A stretch of DNA of 63,998 bases, the filler included, from Thraustochytrium aureum (Eukaryota): assembly GCA_012862495.1 (NCBI GenBank). It is 6 parts of 3 records of this genome, joined end to end, with 100 filler letters (N's around TTAATTAATTAA, not from the genome) between each part and the next. Parts side by side here need not be neighbours in the genome. Positions count along the whole stretch, not along the records: positions 48,975 to 62,458 come from BLSG01000378.1; positions 62,559 to 63,998 come from BLSG01000399.1; 4 more parts are not named here. One strand, 5' to 3'. Position 1 is the stretch's first letter. The number at the start of each line of letters is the position of its first letter. Below the pieces are notes generated by a model. The model had not been told where the DNA came from. It worked only from the letters and a program-made list of their open reading frames with translations, and searched no databases. Below, one piece after another: positions 56,355 to 63,998 of the stretch. The position numbers and the translations under genes are program-made.

Positions 56355-59300
56355 ATGAGCAGCGCCGACTGGCACTACACCGATCAGAATGACCAGGACG
56401 TGGGCCCCGTGTCGTTCAACGAAATGCAAAGCCTGCTCAAAGCTGGAACGCTGACTGACAACACGTTTATCTGGCACCCAACGAGCTGCAACGCGTGGAC
56501 GCTCTTGCGCGACGCGCCGCAGATCAAAAAGCAACTGGCGCCCACGCCGCCCCCACCGGCGCCGCGGCCCCGCGCTTCCCTTCCGCGACCTGCAGCGCCT
56601 CGCCCCACGGTTCCTCGCGCATCGTCCAAGCGGCCCGCGGCGCCTNNNNNNNNNNNNNNNNNNNNNNNNNNNNNNNNNNNNNNNNNNNNNNNNNNNNNNN
56701 NNNNNNNNNNNNNNNNNNNNNNNNNNNNNNNNNNNNNNNNNNNNNNNNNNNNNNNNNNNNNNNNNNNNNNNNNNNNNNNNNNNNNNNNNNNNNNNNNNNN
56801 NNNNNGTGGCCCTGCCCTTGCGGCGGCCAAGGCCTCGGCGAACCGGCGCAGCAGGCCGGCTAGCTCGACGCCGTCTGGCGGAGGGAGCGGCAGCGGGCCC
56901 CGCTCGTTGAACCGGCACATGAGCCGCGCAGGCAAAGAGATCCTGCTGAATGCAGGGCTCGCGTCCGGAGCGAACGGGTGGATCGAGCGGCGCACGGCGG
57001 ACGGGGTTCCCTACTACCATAACGCATCGACTGGCGCGCTGAGCTGGGACAAGCCCGACCAGCTCAAGGATGCGAGCGAGATCGAGAGCGACAGCGGCAA
57101 CTGGGTGTGGTTCCCGGACGAGTCGCACGGGTACCTGCCGGCGATGCTGCTGCAGACGCGGCCCGACGGGCGCACCGTGGTCCAGCTTGAGGACGGGCGG
57201 CAGGCCACCTCCCGGCCCGGCGAGCAAGTGCACGCGCTGTCGAAAGCCTCGCTGGCGCGCACGGAGCAGGACCTGACGCTGCTGGACAGCCTCGATGAGG
57301 GCCTGATCCTGTTCAACCTGCGGGAGCGGTTCGAGAAGCAGAGCAAGATCTACACGTGGATTGGGACGATCCTGATCTCGATCAACCCGTACGAGACGTT
57401 TCCTATCTATAGCGTCGACAGCATCTACACGTACAAGAACAGGGGCAACCGGCAGCTGGACCCGCACGTTTATGTGGTCGCAGACGAGGCCCTCAAGCCG
57501 CTGCTCGAGTATGGGGAGAACCACTCGATCCTGATCTCGGGCGAGTCTGGCGCGGGCAAGACGTGGAACACCAAGCAGTGCCTCTCGTACCTGACGGAGG
57601 TGACGCAGCGCGGCGGAACCAAGAAGACGGACGAGGGCGTGGCCGGCGTCGAGAGCAAGATCCTGGCGGCCAACCCGATCCTGGAAGCCTTTGGCAACGC
57701 CAAGACGGTGCGCAACGACAACTCGTCGCGGTTTGGGCGCTTTACCGAGGTCCACTTCAAGAGCAACGGCAAGATCGACGGCGCGCGCATCGACAACTTT
57801 CTGCTGGAGAAGAGCCGCGTCGTGGTGCAGGGCAAAGGGGAGCGCAACTACCACGTGTTTTACCAGCTCTTGAGCTCGGCGCACGCGCAAAAGTATGGCC
57901 TGGGGTCGATGGACATGTACGAGTACCTCAACAAGACGGGGTGCTACTCGGTAGACGGCGTCGACGATGCCAACGACTACGCGGTGCTGCTGCAGGCCTT
58001 CCAGGACCTCGGCTTTTCCGACGAGGAGGTGGAGTGGATCATGGAGCTCGTGGCGGCCATCCTGCACCTTGGCAACTGCACCTTTGTCTCGGACGGCGGG
58101 GAGGGCTCGAGGCTGAGCGGCCAGGTCAGCGCCCACATGCAGTGGATCTCGCGGCTGTTGCATGTGGACAAGTCCGCGCTCGAGTTCGGCCTCGTCCACC
58201 GCTCGATCGAGGTGCGCGGCACGGTGACCAACATCCCGCTCAAGCCCTTTGCAGCGCGCGACTCGAGGGACGCTCTCTCAAAGTCGATCTACGGCCAGCT
58301 CTTCGACTGGCTGGTTGGCCGCGTCAACAACTCGCTGGTGAGCGGGGCGGCGTCGCCCTGGGCCTTTATTGGCCTGCTGGACATCTTTGGATTTGAAATC
58401 TTCGACCACAACTCGTTCGAGCAGCTGTGCATCAACTTTACCAACGAGAAGCTTCAGCAGCTGTTCAACCGCGACACGTTCAAGCTGGAGGAGGCCATGT
58501 ACAAGCGCGAGGGGATCCATTTCGATCACATCAAATATGTGGACAACCAGCCCATCCTCGACCTGATCGAGCAGCGCCCTCTGGGGATTGCTCCTCACGC
58601 TGGACGACATGAACCGCATGCCGCGCTCCACAGACGAAGGCTTTGTGGCCAAGGCGGACAGCAACCACTCGAGCAACCAGTTCTTTGTGACGAGCACGCT
58701 GACGCGCAAGGGGAAGAGCTGCTTCACGATCAAGCACTACGCCGGCGAAGTTGTCTACAACGCGGAGGGTTTTTTGGAGAAGAACAAGGACCTCTTGTTC
58801 AAAGACCTCTACGACGCGATGACGGCTTCCACCTCGAGCGCCACGGCGCGCATGTTTCCGCCGCTCGACACCCAGGGGCGCGCAAAGTACTCTTTGGGGG
58901 CGCAGTTCCGCAGGCAGCTGGACCGGCTCATGGAGGTGCTCAACCAAACGCAGACGCACTACATCCGTTGCGTCAAGCCCAACGAGCACAAGGCGCCGCG
59001 CATGTTTGACTCGAAGCTGAGCCTGGACCAGCTGCGCTACGCGGGCGTGTTTGAGGCGGTGCGCATCCGCAAGCAGGGCTTTCCCTTCCGGTACACCTAC
59101 CAGCGCTTCGTGGAGCGCTACAAGTGCGTCCTGCTGCGCGGCACCAAGTGGGTCCCGCTCCGCGCCCAAAACCCGCGCGACCAGACCAAGGAGATCCTGG
59201 ACGGGACCAGCCAGGACTTTTCCGAGGTCCGCTTCGGCAAGACGATGGCCCTCTATCGCAGCGAGCAGCATCGTCTCCTCGAGCTCCTTCGCTCGCTCGC

Positions 59301-60528
59301 CCTCGAGCGCGTCTCCACCATGATTCAGGCCGTCGTGCGCGGCTGGATGGCGCGCCGCTTTGTGCAGAAAGTGCGCTTCGTGCAACCCAAGATCGAGGTC
59401 GCCATCCGCTCGCGCGACGTCGCGCAGCTCGAAGCCGCTCTCGCCGAGTACGCGCGCGTGTGCGGCGGCTTTGGTACCATGGTGGCCGACATTGGCGTCG
59501 TGCGCAAGGCCAAGCGCCTCCGCTTTGCCCTTGTTGAGTGGGAAAAGCTTGCTCAAGAGATGAACAACGTGGTTCAGATGGATATCGCCAACGACGACCT
59601 CGCCTTTGAGGCCCTCAAGAACGTGGTCTGGAAGGCCGAGGAGCTGCTGGACGAGCCAGGCACGCAATGGCACCAGGACATGTACGTCTACTCGAAGGAC
59701 TACTTTGAGCGCGAGCGCGCCGCGCGCCTCGACCCGAAGCTGCAGCGAGCCATGGACCTGCTGGAGCGCGACGTCATGGCCGAAATCTACAGCCTCTGCA
59801 AGGAGCTGCGCTACGAGGACCCACGCCTCGCCGACATCGAGCGCTTTGTTGGCCTCGGCGAGGAGGACCTCCTCAAGATGCAGTACAAGAAAGCCAAGGC
59901 GCTCGGGCTCGCGGACCGCGCGCAAGCCAAGGAGATCAATATTCGCGAGATGTTTCTGGACCGCAACGCGGCCATGTTTGTCTTCGACCAGTTCAACTCG
60001 CTCCGCGACCCGAACGAGTTTAGTTCGCACTCGCTCCAGTTTTGGAAGCGCGAGGACATTGCTCGCAACATGCTGCGCTGGCAGAAGAACTCGATCAAGG
60101 TCTCGCTCACCGAGCTCGACCCGACGCAGTCCAAGCAGGCTGTGCGTATCCACAAGGCGATCCTCGGCTGGTGCGGGGACAAGTCGAACCCGTCGCCCAA
60201 CAGCCTTGCGCAGGAGGTGGTCGCTACGGGGGTCTCGGGGCCCATCGAGTTGCGCGACGAGATTTTTTGCCAGCTCCTCAAGCAGCTCACCGACAACCCT
60301 GGCCCGCAGTCGGTGTCGCAGGCCTGGAAGCTTCTCGGGATCTGCGTGTCCTACTTTGCGCCCAGCACGGACCTCAGCAACTACATGCACATCTTTATCC
60401 GCAACCGCGCCCCGCAGCACCTCAAAGGCCGCTACACGCAGGCCCTCTACGAGCGCGAGTACCAGGGTTCGCTCGCAGCGCCGCCGTCGGTGGACCAAAT
60501 CCCGTCCGTCATGGTCCAGTGGCAGTAA
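56355..60528 (+). CDS. Myosin (class IV-like): GYF_2 - Pro-rich - WW - motor - IQ - MyTH4; gap and frameshift near 58589
   Basis: GESGAGKT, LEAFGNAKTVRNDNSSRFG, LLEKSRV, DIFGFE, NSFEQLCINFTNEKLQ, HYIRCVKPN, IQAVVRGWMAR, MyTH4 LRDEIFCQLLKQLTDN...AWKLL; WW GWIERRTADGVPYYHN..TG..SWDKP. Confidence 0.93.
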
Positions 60529-61797
60529 AAATTGAAATCACCCTCTATCACCGTTGCCGCGTGTTGGCTCTCGCCACTTGAAAGGCCTGCGCTATGGGGG
60601 CCGCGAGTCCATGCGCAGCCGGCCTGGCCGTCGGTTCGTCGGCGGTGTCAAACCAGATGCCTTGGAGAGCGCAGTCTTTCGGCGATTCTCGTCAGTGGTC
60701 AGCTCGCTACGCGTTCACCGGGAAGGAAGCGACTCATCCAGCCAGCCCTGGGTGAGTCGACTCCCGCAGTCTGTAGATGTGCGCAACAGTCACGACAAGT
60801 AGAGTGCATGACCGCGCCTGGTTTACCTACTTTCAACACTGCTGCCCGTCATGTAGAAGAGACCACCTTGATTGAGCGACGAAAAGGGTACGACACGACG
60901 ACAGTCTGTCCACCGCCGACACCCTTTTCAGCAGCCGTTGTGAGTCAATGTACTCGTGACCTCCAGAGGGAAGAGATCCGAGTCAGCAGGCAACTACCTG
61001 GCTGCATGAGTTCAGAGTCCCCGCCATGGGGGCTGGAAGCCTGCCACGAATCGAATCCATTTGTTGCCAGCACGCAGTCGCCGTCGGTTGGTTGGCGGGG
61101 ACGACTCGAATGTCCGACGAATACCCACCCTCTTTTCATGGCCAACGCGAGTACGATGGTGTTTCATGTACGGGAAGGAAGGAGGTCGCGAATGTCGGCT
61201 GGGATTCAGCAACAGCCAGCCAGGAGCCTTGCAGCCAGGGACAACTCGGCGCGCGACGGAGGCTGCGTCGCCGTGCTGAACTGCCCCCACCAGACCAGTC
61301 CCATGCGAACCGGACTGCCAAAGATGTCGAAGAGCCTCATTTCATTTCGCGTAGGTACCAACCACAGCAATCAATCAAGAACGCACTCCTTTGGCAGTGA
61401 ATCGGCACCGTGATGCTGTTGTCGTTGTAAAAAGGGCCCTTCCTTCTATGTAGCGAGAATCGGGAAGAAAGAGATCTGGGCAAGCCACAGGCGGCTGGAC
61501 GAGTCCCAGTGGCCGACCCTGGTGGCCGACATTGGTAGCGACATCGACGGAACAAGGAGTACTGGTCTCCAACTTACAACTGTGCGTAGAAGGAAGAGAC
61601 CACCTGGCAACGAAGAGACTACTTGCACGTTGATTTCACGAGGTGACAGCACGACGAACGCGTGGTGTCGAAGAGAAGCAGATGCTCTGGCGGCTCGGCG
61701 GGCAAAACACAATCGATCTCAAAGGCCTGATCGCGATCAAAAAGACACGAACGGGGGCGGCAGCAACGAAGCGTAGTTGGGTGGTTTGCAAGACACG

Positions 61798-62458
61798 ATG
61801 AAGCAGGGCACGATGCGCGTGGCTGTGACCTGCTTCATCGCCCTGCTCCTTTCGAGCACGGCTTTCTCTGCCAGGCTCGGTGAGGCTTCGAGCAACGCGA
61901 AGAAAGCGCCAGCCAAGGGCATCACCTTTTCCGGGGGAGGCTTTCGGGCACACGCAGTTCATACCGGGTTTATCGCAGGCATGCTTGGTGGTGTCCCGGG
62001 AAACTCGGGCCAACGCAAGTTGGCCAAGTTGTTCAAGTCAACGGAAGCGATCGGCAGCAACTCTGGCGGATCGTGGTTCATGGCGCAGCTCGCATACTCG
62101 GAGAACTTTGTCGAGATGGTTCAAGCGATCTCTGCAGCGAAAGACCTGGAGACGGCGGCCAACAAGTACTACGACAGGTGGATTTCGCCTTTCCTAGCCT
62201 GGCAGGCACGTATGATGCCACCGGCACCGGGCGGTGGCGCCGAGCCCGACGCACCCCTCCTCGTCGACAATACAGCCTCCGGCAAACGCAAGCTCAAGTC
62301 GGCAAACGCAAATGAGCTTCACGGGATCCAGGATATTTTGCAGAAAATCTTGGCCGCGGTATTGTACTTCGCCCCGCGCTTTGCGCAATGGGGCTTCTTC
62401 GTCTTCCAACATACAGCGCTCACCTCAGGTATCAACTGGCTTGAGATCGTCCAAGCCA
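61798..62458 (+). CDS. Secreted patatin/cPLA2-family phospholipase-like protein, 3' truncated by gap
   Basis: Signal peptide, oxyanion motif SGGGFRA, nucleophile elbow SNSGGSW. Confidence 0.7.
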
Positions 62459-62952
62459 NNNNNNNNNNNNNNNNNNNNNNNNNNNNNNNNNNNNNNNNNN
62501 NNTTAATTAATTAANNNNNNNNNNNNNNNNNNNNNNNNNNNNNNNNNNNNNNNNNNNNGGGGTTGGCGCTTGCCCAACTCGTCCCGCCATGCGGCGAGGC
62601 CAAGCGCCAGCCGCCAGCCGCTCGAGATCGCCGAGCGCCTGCGCCATCCATTCGAGCCAGTGACAGGCCGGCGCTGGCAGCGTGCTGGGACCGCCCTGGC
62701 GGGGCCCGACCGGAGTGGAAAATGCGCGCCCGTGTGTGTTCGAAGCCCATTGAGCTGAAACCAACAGCGACTGAACGCGTCTTGGCATTGACAGGCCCAT
62801 GGGCCGATGGCGCAAAGCCCCAACGCTCCAAACCAATTGACCGCAGGCCGACAAGGACACGGACAGGACAGGTAGCGACACGGTAGACGATAGACGACGG
62901 CGAGGCCCGAGACAGGCGCGGTTTCTTGCGGTGTGGTGGTGCCGTGGACGAT

Positions 62953-63998
62953 ATGGGGCGCGACAACGACGCGGTCCTTGAAGGCGTGCTGTTCGCGCAG
63001 CGCAAGGGCGGCGCTGACCACTTCACGGAGTGCCAGGTGACCCTGAACGCGGAGAATGAGCTGCTCGTGGAGGCGGTGGCGGAGTCTGCGCGGCCGTACT
63101 TTGACAGGGGGCTCAGCCTGCGACAGTTTTCGTGCGCCGCGCTTTCCCGCAAAGCGTCGAGCGGGCTCATGATTATCCGGCTGGAGCTGCTTGGCCAGCC
63201 CGCGTTTCACCTTGCCACGGAGAGCGAGGCGGAGGGCAAGGCGTGGGCCGCGGCCCTGGCCCGGGCCGTGCGCGTCGCCCGCGCAGCAGACACGTGCTGG
63301 GCTTTGCTCAACACGCACGGCGCAGGGCCCGAGCTAGCAGGCCACCTTCGTTCATTGAGCAAAGAGGTCGGGTCTGCGGCAGCTCAGCAGACCTTAGGCG
63401 GCGAGCTTGCCCTCCACCGCGTCTGCCGCGGCCTCGGCCAGAGGGCTGGCGTGTCTCGAGACGAGGCTGACCTGATCGAGCTGCTGGTGAAACTATTCCC
63501 TGGCGGCGTTGAGCAGGCGGATGACGCGGGGGCTCTGGCCCTGCACCTGGCGCTCGAGTGCCCGAGCGGCGAGCAGGACGACGACGAGTCGATGCGCAGA
63601 ATCGTGGTGGCCCTTTCTTCGACAAGCGGGAACACGGTTCTGGCCCGTCGCGAGGACCCCGCCAGAAAGCGCTCGCAGCTTCCGATGCATCTGGCCTGCT
63701 CCAAGCTCAATCTGGTGGCGGGTGAGGTGCTTATCCAGACAGACTGCCCCGTGGCGCGGCTGGACGCCTTTGTGGGGGAGCCGGGCCATTTGATGCAGCG
63801 GGATGAGACAGACGGGACGCCGCTCCACGCGGCGCTAGAAGCGCTTTCTGCGATCAAGGGCCAGCGCGGCAAGGAGCAGGCTCGCCAAAGTGGGCGCCGG
63901 CTGTGTTCAATGCTTGCAATGGCGGAACCTGCTGCGCTTCTGGCAAGAAACGCGCGTGGCGACAACCCCGTCCACATGGCAGCGAGGATTGCTGACAG
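62953..63998 (+). CDS. PH-domain + ankyrin-repeat protein, runs off window end
   Basis: Manual translation: LEGVLF...FHLATESEAEGKAWAAAL (PH-like), then LALHRVC, LALHLAL, LPMHLAC, GTPLHAAL, GDNPVHMAA (ankyrin-like); no stop before window end. Confidence 0.7.
   Translation, partial: MGRDNDAVLEGVLFAQRKGGADHFTECQVTLNAENELLVEAVAESARPYFDRGLSLRQFSCAALSRKASSGLMIIRLELLGQPAFHLATESEAEGKAWAAALARAVRVARAADTCWALLNTHGAGPELAGHLRSLSKEVGSAAAQQTLGGELALHRVCRGLGQRAGVSRDEADLIELLVKLFPGGVEQADDAGALALHLALECPSGEQDDDESMRRIVVALSSTSGNTVLARREDPARKRSQLPMHLACSKLNLVAGEVLIQTDCPVARLDAFVGEPGHLMQRDETDGTPLHAALEALSAIKGQRGKEQARQSGRRLCSMLAMAEPAALLARNARGDNPVHMAARIAD

Noticed and set aside
2930..58600. Frameshifts in many genes (GRK-A, EF-Tu, GANAB, HSPBP1, P450, ATXR3, FTCD-like, thioredoxin, myosin) as pseudogenes, programmed frameshifting or RNA editing
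   Set aside because: They are single-base indels, largely in short homopolymers, in essential genes with intact motifs and in both directions; sequencing error in a gappy draft is the simplest explanation.
60532..61413. 293 aa ORF in a lower-GC region after myosin
   Set aside because: Non-ATG start, no recognisable motif, codon usage unlike neighbouring genes; no terminal repeats indicating a transposon.

Overview
GC-rich, gene-dense eukaryotic draft sequence with short GT-AG introns. It has many N gaps, TTAATTAATTAA stop-linkers and frequent single-base (mostly homopolymer) frameshifts. Gene content (Kintoun/DNAAF2, WW-MyTH4 myosin, ATXR3-type SET, plant-type NDUFB8, GRKs) fits a flagellated stramenopile, plausibly a thraustochytrid/labyrinthulomycete; this is inference. 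About 29 protein-coding genes are supportable, mostly housekeeping. No prokaryotic operons, CRISPR arrays, rRNA, tRNA or transposases were recognised. The most striking element is at 42-48.4 kb: two head-to-head paralogues, each with an unnamed Cys/His-containing putative DNA-binding domain and a C-terminal calycin/FABP-like domain. Their ~1.06 kb shared promoter holds 14 copies of CGTRAC, making this a candidate ligand-sensing, autoregulated transcription-factor system. Also notable are a second head-to-head paralogue pair (GRK kinases, one with a CaaX box), an F1-alpha-like protein lacking Walker A, and TTAGG-type telo-box-like motifs beside a possible structured ncRNA.
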